Positions 38,860 to 51,279 of a stretch of 64,000 bases of DNA are shown in pieces; the stretch's first letter is position 1; every line of letters begins with the position of its first letter. The position numbers were made by a program, and so were the translations under genes. Source of the DNA: Octopus sinensis (taxonomy: Eukaryota); the NCBI RefSeq assembly GCF_006345805.1, contig NC_043008.1, forward strand, positions 47,678,001 to 47,742,000, given 5' to 3'. Below the pieces are notes generated by a model. That model had not been told where the DNA came from, made no database searches, and saw only the letters and a list, made by a program, of their open reading frames with translations.

Positions 38860-39151
38860 CTTAGATGGAGTCGCCGCTATAATCGGTTTACCAACGGCTT
38901 TTCTTTATTATAATTTTTTTTGAAGCGTCTCAGCAGTGGTCTCACGAATCTCCTTCCGGAATTCCTCACGAGAAGTGTGTGAGGTCGGTCATGTCTCAAT
39001 CTCGTTTGTGCTGGTACATCCGTAACGCTGCTTCTAAGTTACGTGTTAAACGAGTAGCTTCCTTTTTTCCCTTTTTTCTTTTCTTCTTTTTTCGTTATAA
39101 ACTACAGATGAGCATATTATCAAAACTGAACCTACACGCATCCAGCTGTAG

Positions 39152-40700
39152 CTAAATAATATATTGATTACCAACCTCCTGCCTGTTGTTAATTTGGGGA
39201 CCTAGTCTGTGTTTGAGTATAGCTTCCTTAATTCTTAAATTACCCAAATTTCTTTCATTGGCCTCAATTGTGACTGTTATGCTTTTGTCGGTGTTCCGGC
39301 ATCTGTCTTGATGTTCTTTGATGCGGACGTGTAACGGTCTTGTTGTGCTACCCACATAAAACCCGTTACTGTATTCTATACACAACATTTACCCGGTGGC
39401 ATAAATCTGTGTCACTGATTGGACAGTTTGTTAATGTACATTGATTGTTGTCCCTTGTTCGTTTCTTTGCGAGGTGTCCTCCCAGAGAGGGGCCGGATTG
39501 GGCTGGTTGTATGTCTAGTCCTTCTCTTCTTATGGCTCTTCGGATGGATGTAGTTATCCTCTCGCTAAAATGGGGTATTTTAAGGAAGCATCTGTTGCTG
39601 TGTTTTCAATGTGTTCGGCCTGTTGGTCGTCTTGGGTACTTAAACCGATTTACAATGGATCTAGACTACCTATTGGTTTTCAGTATACCTACGAAGCGTG
39701 TAGTGTGGGTCACTATGTCCTCTGTTCTGCTGCACCTACCCTGGATGCGTGCAAGTTCATTTCTGGCGTATCCTATTTTGGCACCGAGTGGAAGAGCTGA
39801 ATTGTACAGTCAAACACATCTCTACTGGCTGCTTTTCTGTAGAACACGGTGTGGATCTCCCCTACTTCCGTTATATTCAATTTAAAGTCAAGAGGTGACA
39901 GCGATCCAGTGATGTCGGGATGTTCTGTAGTGAACTTTATGTTCAAGTCCATGTTATTGAAAGTCGTGAATATTCTGTCAGTCTCTTCACGGGAGGATGT
40001 GAGTATGAGGATGTCATCTACGTACGCTGAAGAAGACGCATGAACGGCAGATGTTGAGTGCTCGACGTTCCAGATGGTTCATATAAGTGATGGCTAGTAG
40101 GCCTGAGAGACTGGATCCTATGGGGAAACCTGTTTTCTGTTTGTATATGCGGTCCTGGAAAGAAGTAGGTGCTGTCCACGATAATGGACAAAAGTTGATG
40201 TATATCAGCTGCGGTAAATCCGAAGCATTGTATGTCGGATGCTACTGTGCAGTCAGTCAATAGGTTGACCGCCGAGTTTGCTGGCACCGTTGTGTACATT
40301 AAGACAACGTCAAGACTAAAGGCATCTCTGTTTTGCTTGAGTTGCTCTAGGGGCAATTGGTGCAGTCTTTTGATGACTTCGTGGAATTCTTGACGTGTCG
40401 AGGAAAGGTGGAGTGTTTGGGTTTCAGGATGTGAGAAAGGAACCAGGATATTTTATATAGAGAGCCTTCCACGCTGCAGACGATGGGTCTAGTCTGGATC
40501 GTTCTGATATTCTTGTGTGCATTAATGAGGTGATAAACTCTGGGTAAACTACTGTTCTTTGTGATGAACTTGTTCTTGAATTTATTATGTATTTGCCTCC
40601 GTCTACAGATGTCCGTCCATGCACTGTTAAGTCGGTCCTCAATCATAGTCGCGGTTATATCATGAACTCCGACGAAGTCATCAAAAGACAGCACAAATTG
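39152..40700 (-). pseudogene. Penelope-type RT plus GIY-YIG endonuclease, frameshifted
   Basis: KFITKNSSLPRVYHLINAHK..RPIVCSV..ISWFLSHILKP; FSLDVVLMYTTVP; YFF..YKQKTGFPIGSSLSGLLA; YVDDILI..FNNMDLNIKFTTEHP; VVYR...FYVGSTTRPLHVRIKEH...EAILKHRLGPQINN. Confidence 0.9.
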
Positions 40701-40864
40701 CCCCTAGACCGACTCAGTCAAAACAGATATGCCTTTAATCTCACGCATTTCTCGTGAGGAATTCCGGAAGGAGCTTCGTGAGACCACTGCTGAGACGCTT
40801 AAAAAAAAAATGATAAAAAAGTAAAGCCGTTGGGAAACCGATTATAGCAGTGACTCCATCTTAG

Positions 40865-40903
40865 AATATCTGAAGAAGGAATTTTATTCCGAAATATCAT
40901 ATT
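40865..40903 (+). ncRNA. Minimal type I hammerhead ribozyme (CUGAAGA core) in the inverted 5' repeat
   Basis: AAUAU-CUGAAGA-A-GG aauuuuauu CC-GAAAU-AUC-AUAUU: all core nucleotides present, 5-bp helix I, palindromic helix III. Confidence 0.75.
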
Positions 40904-41656
40904 GGACTATGGATGACTAAATTACAATAGGTACATAGTCCATTGTCTGTATAATAGTGCATTGTTGTACCATTCAAAACTTGTTATTCCTTATATATAT
41001 ATATATAGTTGCTACTTTGTTAAACTGTCGTATGTCCAAATTTGGCCAAATACATTTCTTTCGAATTAAATTTTGCTTGCAATAGCCGGTTACTTTGCTC
41101 AAAATATCTTTATCTCCAGCTGTTTCGAATGGAGGTATCAAAAATATTCAAAGTGTAGTACAACCGATTAGCATTTTTCAAAAGTCCCACATACGACAGT
41201 TTTCCAAACGTATTTCTGACTGAAAATATCGTACATGCATCGAGTTACGATTTTACGCACCCAAAAAAGTATTACTGTAAAGCTGAAACTGTTGCTAATG
41301 TAAATAGAAACGGTATGGTGAAACTAATGTTTGGTTTTCTGAAAACGCAACGCTTAGACTTGCGACACTTTTTCATAATAGCAACGATTTACATATATAT
41401 ATATATTATGAGCTAGGATCCTTGAACTTCATCGTTATCCGTCGGATAGATATGATTAACGTGTGTCCTTGCATTTCAAGTATATTGACATAATAAAGCT
41501 ACAGGTTGCTTTCACACGGCTTTGACCAGCGCCGAATGCTGCCCCTAAGTTTGTTGAACTTATACATTATTAAAAGTGTGTAAAATCCGTTCCACCTTTG
41601 CACAAGATCGGAAACATCATGATTTTCATACTCTTCATTGAGTTTCTCCAGGTATA

Positions 41657-42068
41657 GGCGTAGGAGTGGCTGCGTGGTAAGTAGCTTGTTTACCAACCAC
41701 ATGGTTCCGGGTTCAGTCCCACTGTATGGCACCTTGGGCAAATGTCTTCTACTATAGCCTCGGGTCGACCAAAGCCTTGTGAGTGGATTTGGTAGACGGA
41801 AACTGAAAGAAGCCCGTCGTATATATGTAAATATATATATATATATGTGTGTGTGTGTATGTTTGTGTGTCTGTGTTTGTAACCCCAACATCGCTTCACA
41901 ACCGATGCTGGTGTATTTATGTTCCTATAATTTAGCGGTTCGGCAAAAGAGACCGATAGAATAAGTACTAGGCTTACAAAGAAGTCCTGAGATCAATTTG
42001 CTCGACTAAAGGCGGTGCTCCAGCATGGCCACAGTCAAATGACGGAAACAAGTAAAAGAGTAAAAGAG
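41657..42068 (+). mobile_element. tRNA-derived SINE family A, full length
   Basis: Head ggcgtaggagtggctgcgtggtaag...gggttcagtccc, core ggcaccttgggcaa...ggatttggtagacggaaactgaaagaagcccgtc, internal (TA)(GT) repeat, tail gaaacaagtaaaagagtaaaagag. Confidence 0.88.
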
Positions 42069-43312
42069 AGAGTTACATAATTCCAAGGCTTATGCATGTT
42101 TAATTACCTTTTTAGGAGCCTCACATAATCGAGAATGAATTCATATCCATTTAATGTTGTTGTACTGACTCTTAGATTATTAAAGTCTGTAAGTCGAGAA
42201 GACCGCCAAACATTTTCCTCCATATTCAGTATATGAAATGAATAATAGCCCCAATCTAAACAACCGCACAATTATTTACCTTCTTTGAACAACTTTTCTC
42301 TCTCATTGACCTATTTTGAAAATACGTTGACGATTTCATGAAACAAAGAAATCTAAATTTATAATGGCCAGCCAAAATGTCAGCTATTTAATTCTACATG
42401 CCTATAGAAAACATTAACCGAAAATAAATATTCCCAAAGCTTATGTGCGAAATAAAGTTTTGGAAAATGAATCGTGTTTTTGTCTTTGGTTTGTGCAAAC
42501 AAGCGAGAATATTCGTTGTAAGATGAGATATTTTGAAGACAGTAAATGTAAGAAAGAATTTCAACAAAGAAATATATAAAATAGAATAGATCAAGAGGAT
42601 GAAAATACACTTTGTGCTAAAAGAGATTTTCTCGTCACACAAAAAAAATTACTTAAAAGTCAATATAATATCTTTAAACTCGATATAACCAGAATCGGTT
42701 CAAATATTTACTCCCGATTTTATTTGTGCGCTCAATATAAATCACTCATCGAATAATTTCATCTATCTTCACCTATTTCCTTTGTTTCCTTTCTCACACA
42801 AATTCTACATGGATTTCATTTTTACCCCCAGTGCTCCATTCATTCTAAGACATTTACAATATTTATTCACTCACCAACTCCGTTATTTGTCTATCATTAT
42901 TTGCACACATTAGATATTCTCCAGTCAAATCAATATCTATGAAAACTGTATAGCTTCATAGTTTTATTAAAATATTTCTATCTCTCCTAATAACCACGCC
43001 ACCTGTCAGATGAATGGCGTTATCTCACAGCAGTCCTGGCAACTTTAATATGATTTGATTTTGTTGTAGATTAAAAAGACATAAATCTTACAACACTATT
43101 ACATTTACTCTAATATTTTGTGGGTTGTGTAGTAGTAGCCGTGCTTTACTGTTGGACACACATATATATCTTGAATGTTTTTCCTAAGACAAACATGTAT
43201 GTATACACAAACACATAATTGTATGGATGTGTGTATATATACATCTGGATTTTTATATGATATATATTTGCATACACATACACACACACACGCACATATA
43301 TATATATAATAT

Positions 43313-43343
<31 letters not shown>

Positions 43344-43576
43344 GTGTGTGTGTACACGACAGAAGAACAATTGTCTCCATGTTTATGCGTTTCCTTAAAC
43401 CGCAAACTCTTTCTATCATATCTATTTCCCTTTTCCCCTCCGTCTATTGAGTTCTTTTTCCACTCTCCGGCTCCTCGCATATTTTCTTTCAAGCACTCAT
43501 TCAATACACACACACACACACACACACACACGCACCTACAAACAACTCGTAATCGGTGTCCACTCACTACCTTACT

Positions 43577-44015
43577 GTCTTTTATCGCTTACTTCTTTCA
43601 GTCATCAGAATGCGGCCATGCTGGGGCATCGCCTTCAAGAAACTGTAATTAAGTGAATCGACTCCAGTATTTATTGATTTTTAAGCGCGGCACTTATTCT
43701 GGCGGTCGTTTTTTCCCGAACAGGTAAGTTAAGGCGACGTAAACGCATCAACACCGGTTGTCAAGCAGTGGTGATTGACAAACACACACACACACACACA
43801 CACACAGACACACACACACACACATATATATATATAAATATATGTACATATATATATATATATATATATAAATACAATGGGCTTCTTTCAATTTCCGTCT
43901 ACAAAATCCACCCACAAGGCTTTGGTTCGCATGAAGCTATAATAGAAGAGACCAGTTCACTCCGTGACGCAATGGCATTGAGCCCAGAACCATGTCTTTG
44001 GGAAGCAATCTTATA
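43577..44015 (-). mobile_element. SINE family A
   Basis: Reverse-complement copy: gcggccatgctgggg...acaccggttgtcaagc...ttccgtctacaaaatccacccacaaggctttgg. Confidence 0.75.
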
Positions 44016-44083
44016 AAGAGTTTTCAACTGCTATTTCTAGAAATATAGGTGTGTAGACACTCTCAGTCACATTTAGTGACGAT

Positions 44084-44124
<41 letters not shown>

Positions 44125-44135
<11 letters not shown>

Positions 44136-44296
44136 CAAAGAAATTCCAACTCTGTTTTTTATGTTTTATTTATATTCTTTATAATATTAATGTAGAATGT
44201 AGAATATATGGTATAAATAATATATATATAGTAAAAGGAAATGAAATCAATACTTCATTTCATTTGGGAGTTGGAATTCCTTTGAATAATATATAT
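44125..44296. mobile_element. MITE-like foldback with about 28-bp inverted ends in TA context
   Basis: tatattattcaaagaaattccaactc vs gagttggaattcctttgaataatata, one mismatch. Confidence 0.6.
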
Positions 44297-44322
44297 CCCT
44301 CTATACGCAATCATACAAACCC

Positions 44323-44385
<63 letters not shown>

Positions 44386-44690
44386 CGCAAGTGTCTTCTA
44401 CTATAGACTCGGGACAACCAAAGCTTTGTGAGAGGATTTGGTAGACGGAAACTGAAAGAAGCCTATCGTATATGTGTGTGTGTTTGTCTGTGTTCCCCAC
44501 CATCGCGTGACAACTGATGTTGGTTTGTTTACGTCCCTGTAGCTGTAGCTTAGCGGTTTGGGAAAAGAACCGATATAATAAGTACTAGGCTCAGAAAGGA
44601 AAAAGCCTGGGGTCGATTTGTTCGACTTAAGGCTGTGCTCCATCATGGTCGCAGTAAAATGACTGAAACATGTACAAGAAAAAGAAAAGA
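44386..44690 (+). mobile_element. SINE family A, 5'-truncated
   Basis: gcaagtgtcttctactatagactcggg...ggatttggtagacggaaactgaaagaagcc...atgactgaaaca. Confidence 0.8.
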
Positions 44691-44709
44691 TACACACACA
44701 CACACAAAC

Positions 44710-44850
44710 ATACTTTTACGCTTTTACTTGTTACAGTCATTTTGTCTGTGGCCATGCTGGAGCACTGATTTTTAGTCAAAGAAATCGACTCCAGGACTTA
44801 GTTTTGTAAGCCTGGTACTTATTCTATCGGTCTCGTTGACCGGTCCGCTA
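44710..44850 (-). mobile_element. SINE family A 3' fragment, tail-to-tail with 44386-44690
   Basis: cttttacttgttacagtcatt...ggccatgctggagcac...gcctggtacttattctatcggtctc. Confidence 0.75.
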
Positions 44851-45375
44851 GGTTCAATGCATTGAACCAGAGACAAGAGCTCTTAAATTCCTGTAGGTAC
44901 GCTGCAAGCTTTAAAATGTCAACCGAAAAAATACGGTATGGGTAAAATTTTTGACTTCCTGCCTATTTTGAGTGTCGAATTTTGAATTTGGCTTTAAACC
45001 TTATATATAGTTATTTTGGATTACACTGCCAGAACATATATATATTTCGTCTTTACCTTTTATATTTTATATTTTACATCCGACTTTTAAGAAAGCCTTC
45101 GACTGTTTTACAAATTTAAGCCAAGGTTTATTCTTTACTCATTTTTGCTTATTTTTATATATATATAAATCTTATACTTTAAAATTATATATTCATTTAT
45201 ATAACATTTAATTATGCTTTATTAATTTATTGTACAATTTTCCTTATTTTAATATTCTATATACCAAACAGTTTTTCTTATAATATGTTTGTATGCATAT
45301 ATACATTAGGGTGTGTATATTTACCTCGAGGTGATGATATGTTTATATATATGTATGTATATGTAAATATATGTG

Positions 45376-45406
<31 letters not shown>

Positions 45407-45429
45407 ATATATGATTGGCCGCTAGCTAC

Positions 45430-45597
45430 TAAGGATTTCCTTTTTATTCTGTCTCTGTTTATTTCTTGTGTTTCTTTCTGTTGAAGAGCGTAGGTTCGAA
45501 ACGTAAAAGACTTTCTCACCTTCCCGAGCGTTAAACTGATACACCTGTTTGTTGTTTACACAACTGTCTCCGTGTTTTTTTTTGTAAACTCCAACTA
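45430..45597 (+). mobile_element. Short hammerhead-bearing repeat (same family as 7732-7890)
   Basis: ttcttgtgtttctttctgttgaagagcgtaggttcgaaacgtaaaagactt...cccgagcgttaaactgatacacctgtttgttgtttac, flanked by TA/GT repeats. Confidence 0.65.
45473..45510 (+). ncRNA. Minimal type I hammerhead-like motif, variant core CUGUUGA
   Basis: UCUUU-CUGUUGA-A-GAG cguagg UUC-GAAAC-GUA-AAAGA. Confidence 0.6.
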
Positions 45598-45607
45598 TAT
45601 ATATGTG

Positions 45608-45662
<55 letters not shown>

Positions 45663-47282
45663 GTATTTACTTACATATATTTGTATGCGTGTCTATATGT
45701 GTGTGTATTTGTATGTATGCCTGTATTTAGAATATGACGTTTTATAGGTGTGCGTTAGCAAGCTGAACGAAGTATCTAACATTCGTTATATATATATATA
45801 TAGGTTGTTTGACATGTTTGGTATGTATTGCTAAATGTATATGTATTTCGGGTGAAAGATTTTGAACGGGTATATCTTTTAATTTATTTAAATTTACCCT
45901 GGGTATTCACGTGGTACTACATTTATAAAGCAATTAATTGTTTAATTAACATGCGTTGATTAATTTCCTTCATTCTGTGGATGTGGCCAGGAGTGTTGTC
46001 ACCAACTGGTCTTGCTACAGTTACGCCACTAGCTTTCATCACCCATTGATGGATATCGCTGCACTCTGGAATTAAATAATTGCCTTGACCGTATCAAAAC
46101 ACTGACGGTGTGTATTGGTATGCATTTATATATGGAAGTACGTAATTTTGTATGCAAGCGTGTATGCAATGTCTGTGTGTATATGTGTGTGCACACACGC
46201 ACGTATGTGGCTGTGTGTACGTATGTACGATGTGCTTTCTATATTTTCGTTCAATCGTGCGACATTTCCAACGTTTTCTATGCAGCCTCTATCAGTACCT
46301 CATTAATATTAAGTAGGTTAACTCAAGTGGGGAGTGTACACAATTTTGTTAAAAGGAAGCCAATAAAAGGAATAAGAATTTCACTGCCACCAACACCACT
46401 ACCACCACCACCACCATAACCACCGCTGTCACCACAATATCAACAACAACAACAACAAGCAGCAAATTCGTTTCCATCTTCATTTCTATATCAGCATTTC
46501 TTTTCACCTCAAAATCTCTTGAAAGAAACTCTATAGATTTGTTTCAATAAGTTTTCTGGAAACTATCGATGTAGAAATTAGCGCGGTGACTATTGAAAGA
46601 AAAAAGACATCTTGCAGCAGAAGCAATCTTTACGTTTATTCGTCTGTCGTTATTTCTCTCTGTGCACACACACACACACACACACACACACGAGCGATGT
46701 TTACAATGATCATTTCATTTAATTTATAATTAGTTTTCAGGAGTCTGTACTGTGTTCTTCTTATAACTATTTGCGATGACTATCGATCGGATGACATAGA
46801 TTTCCAAATTGCCAATAAATCTTCATCTGAAGGCTTTTCGATTATTTAATCGATTTATGGATAAAGCGTAATTAAAATTATTTGAGTTGTTTCCACCGAG
46901 GTTAATTATTTGTCTATTCGTGTTAGTTACCAATTATTCTGATTATTCAACATCTAATCTTCAACTTAAAAAAAGAAATCGATATATTTCAGAGCAAAAT
47001 GGCGAATCCGTTTAATCCTAAATACGAAAGTAAGCTAAAGAATGTCTCTTCGATTTTGAATATATCTCAAGAAAATTGCTGCCGTGTGCAAAGCATGGCT
47101 TCCTCAATGCTTATACGTTTGAACAAGATTTCAAATAGTTTATCAAAGGGTTTCCTCTTGAAGGAGCGGTGTAAATGAAAACCAGTAGAGCACTGAATAA
47201 AACGTCATACAATATCCAAGTCCTTTATCTTTTTCAATTGGTGGCTCTCTGCGTAAAGGTAGTTATAAGCAACGAAACGCAT

Positions 47283-47335
<53 letters not shown>

Positions 47336-47441
47336 GGCAATTTGTGCCAGGAACTATATATTTATATATACAAACATCAATCCTATATACACACACACAT
47401 ACCTACATACATATACATACATACATACATACATACATACA

Positions 47442-47474
<33 letters not shown>

Positions 47475-47564
47475 GGGGTGTGCGTATGCGTGTGTGATGT
47501 ATATGTATCATGTATATGTATATGTATGCATGTTTGTATAACTTTTACTTTATATATTTTCATT

Positions 47565-47597
47565 ACAGGATGGGGTACTTTCTGTACACCATCCTGT
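47565..47597. repeat. 33-bp hairpin resembling collapsed Tc1/mariner TIRs
   Basis: acaggatggggtac-tttct-gtacaccatcctgt, one mismatch. Confidence 0.5.
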
Positions 47598-47774
47598 TAT
47601 ATATATATACACATTATCTGTGGTTCAACAAGTCTACCAGTGGTTTTATGTGCAGTGATTAATTACAATTTTCAAGCGGTCTATGAATACTTCCGTAACC
47701 TTCTTGACCCACAGGTAAGGAATGTTTAGCCCCCAATGTGGTGCTAAGTCCTTATTCTCACTGTTCAATATTAG

Positions 47775-47830
<56 letters not shown>

Positions 47831-48149
47831 ATATATGCATATATGTATATTATATATGTATATATATGCATATATATACATATATATACATATATATACA
47901 TATATATATATATATATAGATAGATAGATATATATATACATGTGTCTGTAACGCGCCTCTGTATGTATGTATATATGTATGACTTTATGTCAAAGTTTGG
48001 TCTCCAAGTTGTTCCACAATGAGAATATTTCTTAGTCTCTAAGTCCAGTGTATAAACTCTCAAAAATCCATTTCATCGAAATATTTACATTGATTTGTTA
48101 TCATTAAATGCTTGAACTTAGACGGTTTCCATGTCACTAAATCTGTTTC

Positions 48150-48900
48150 ATTAATATCATCCCTTAGTAAAGAGAAATTTCTCATACTTCGGCTATATTC
48201 GGCCGATAGTATGTTGTAGCCGTTGGCAACCTGCAAAAGCTTTTAAGTTCACAGACTCACAGACATTAGGATGTCTTGAGAATGCTCTCATCAAATCATC
48301 CACTCCTCCTTCTACCAGATCAGCATTTTCCTTCAACTTCTCGACAGTGGTCATCGTCACGATAATTTAAAGATTCATTACATACTTTGATACGGCTTGA
48401 AGGAAATATTCAGTTAAAAGTCTGTACGGAATTTTAAAAATGTTCTTACTGTTGTTTATAATAAGCCCCGGTTTAATTGAATAGTCCAACACTTTGCATA
48501 ACAGTTTAGAATATCTTCCAGTAATGTTAAATATGATGTTAGTTGATCATAACCCCAGTCAACATGGTGCTATTTGAAAATCGATCGTTCCTATTTCAGC
48601 CAAAGTCTCCAACGAATCAAATGTTTTCTCCGAATGAACCAATCCACCAAGTTGTAGAATTTAAACAGACGTTTTACATAGTTCTATTCAGGAATTGATG
48701 TTGGTCCTTTATCATCATTTGGCGATAATATTGTTCAAATCAGTTCCTTCATCTATTCAACAGATTACATCTTGAGTTGAGTTCATCTCTTCCCCATCAA
48801 AGAATAACATAGGCAAAGCAGCATGTTTGATTCACATGATATTAAACCTAGTAAAACCAGCTCGTAGCAGAGACCCAAAGATGCGATCCTTATTCATAGT
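48150..48900 (-). mobile_element. Possible highly decayed LINE RT remnant
   Basis: LVHSEKTFDSLETL resembles FVDFEKAFDSV; otherwise heavily disrupted. Confidence 0.3.
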
Positions 48901-50531
48901 AAAGATGGCCGACTCTCTAGGAAATCTTTTATTTCTTATCGGTTCTTTCTTAAATGGAGAAACCAATGAAACTACACAAAACACCAGGATTCATGAAGAT
49001 ATTAAAAGTAAATCATACTTAAGACACAATTAGAAAATATTACAGATATTCGCCTTAGATTTAGAGTCGTTAAAGTGGTCGATTCAATTGCTGCTGTTGC
49101 TGTAATTATAACTATGGTTGTTGTTGTTGTTGTTGTCATCGTCGTCGTCGTCGTCGTCGTCATCGTGGCTGTTGTTTCATATCAATGAGCGAATTAATCA
49201 CTCTCTGCGATTCGAAATGCCATTACATACAAAGAATTAATGTATAAGTTATGAGATAAAATATAAAAGAAAAGGAAATGAGAAAGAACAAAAATATCTT
49301 TGTTAAGAACGAAACTATTATTTTTACATTCGTACTTAGTTGTGTGTGCATGTGTATATATATATATATATATATATAATGAGAGAGAGAGAGAGACAGA
49401 GAGGGAGATGTATGTAGGTGTGCATGTGTGTCTATGTGTGTGTGTATTATATCGCATTTTCTTTACTGTTGAAAAGGTGCTTACGGCCATAATGGATTGG
49501 ATTTGAATGTAGACTAATTTCATATGTAGACGTTTGCATGTAGTGGTTCATGCACGGTGTATTAGCGGATAAGTTTGTGTACTATATAAGCAAAAATATA
49601 TTAATGCATGCACGTATCCACACACACACAAACGCTAGATACACGCATAAACATACACAGAATATACTCATAGATATATAAAGAAAGAGAGAGAGGGAAA
49701 GGTAGTAAAGAATTTACATATATACTTAGAATAAAGCCCAAAGCAGAATATAGCTTTAGATGAATTTAGATAAAGTATGTACTTTAATATGTTTTTGTAT
49801 AGACTGTATATGTGACTCAACGTGTGTGTGCTCATATTTCAATATTGATTCGATATAGATACATATATTTTACATAAAGAACATGGCTGAATACACATTC
49901 ATGTCACGTTGTAGGAAAGTGTATACACTCACACTAATATATACAAATCTACAAGCGTGACTGTATTTACTTTTATTTTCTACATCATTGTCTGCAATGT
50001 ATTAGAAAGACATTAGAGCCAGATACAAGCTTCCGCTGACGGTTTTGTTCCATCGGAAATGTTTTATCAAAATTATATTTCCAGTTCATTTGTAATTGGT
50101 ATCTGATTCAATAAAGCATATTCTCCTTTAGTAGGGCGGAATTTGACAGAATCGGAAATCGTGAATATTCAATGCTAACATATGTTTAGGCTTGCGCACT
50201 CACACAATCATACGTTTACTATTACAAACTAAATTATTAGCACACCTAAGTAATCATATGTACATATATATATATACATATACACATAGACATCCACAGA
50301 CACACACGCACACAGACATATATATATATACATACATACATACATATATATGGAGGTTGTATGCGTGCAGACGGTAACGTTTTTCTGCACACGAGTGCTT
50401 TCAATGTAAGAGTGATGTTGAAGTTTGCATGTGTGTTTGAGTGAGTCAATGAAATTGTCGAAGATAATATGCATATAAATAGATTAATGTAAACGTTAAG
50501 TCATGTTTAGAAAATAAATATAGATATATAT

Positions 50532-50642
<111 letters not shown>

Positions 50643-50650
50643 TATATATA

Positions 50651-51040
50651 CTAGCAGTATATGCCCGGCGTTGCTCGGGTTTGTTTCGACCCTTTAGAAC
50701 TGGAATTTTAGAAAAGTAAAAATTTTGCATTATGTAGCTTGTTATTCTCTTTAAGTGAACATTTTTCTGGTTGAAATAAACCGAAAAATGGCGACGCAGC
50801 AGTAAAAAAATCGTAAAAAAATAGGGATTTTCATAGAAAAAAGCACCTTTTTGATGTAAATAATTTTTGGTGTTTACATGGTCCGATTTGAATTTTATCT
50901 TCTACGGAAGGAAGAGCAACCCTTCTATCATACTCTCAATTTTGTTCAACTTGCGCCGCAGTGTCTCGGAGGAGATAGTGTTAGTTGAAGGCTACCAAAC
51001 CTGGCGCACACAGACATCTTCAGCTTTATATAGAGAGAGA
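50651..51040 (-). mobile_element. Non-autonomous Helitron
   Basis: Minus strand begins TCTCT(C)TATATAAAGCTGAAGATGTCTGTGTG and ends cccgagcaacgccggg (hairpin)-catatactg-CTAG, followed by T: canonical 5'-TC, 3' hairpin plus CTAG. Confidence 0.8.
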
Positions 51041-51279
51041 TAACACACACACATTAATACACATACATACACACACACACACACATGTATGTATGGATGT
51101 ATGTATATATGTACATCTGTCCACTTCTTGCCATATTATTATCCTTCACTTCCTACACACAGACAAAGACACACACACACACACACACGCACGCGCACAC
51201 ACATACCTTAGCTTACAATTTTCTTTCAACAATTGACACTGTCATATATGTATATGTTTTGCGTGTCTATGTGTATAAC

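Larger units (their letters stand above)
38730..40993 (-). mobile_element. Penelope-like retroelement, 5'-truncated, bounded by about 250-bp inverted terminal repeats
   Basis: Inverted repeats 38730-38983 and 40740-40993 enclose RT and GIY-YIG remnants; each repeat holds a hammerhead motif. Confidence 0.92.

Noticed and set aside
41005-41395. Possible MITE (14-bp internal inverted repeat aaactgtcgtatgt; short terminal gttgcta/tagcaac)
   Set aside because: Terminal repeats are too short and degenerate to call without a copy-number search.
45930-46075. Minus-strand open frame ECSDIHQWVMKASGVTVARPVGDNTPGH
   Set aside because: Plausible acceptor but no convincing donor or recognisable homology.
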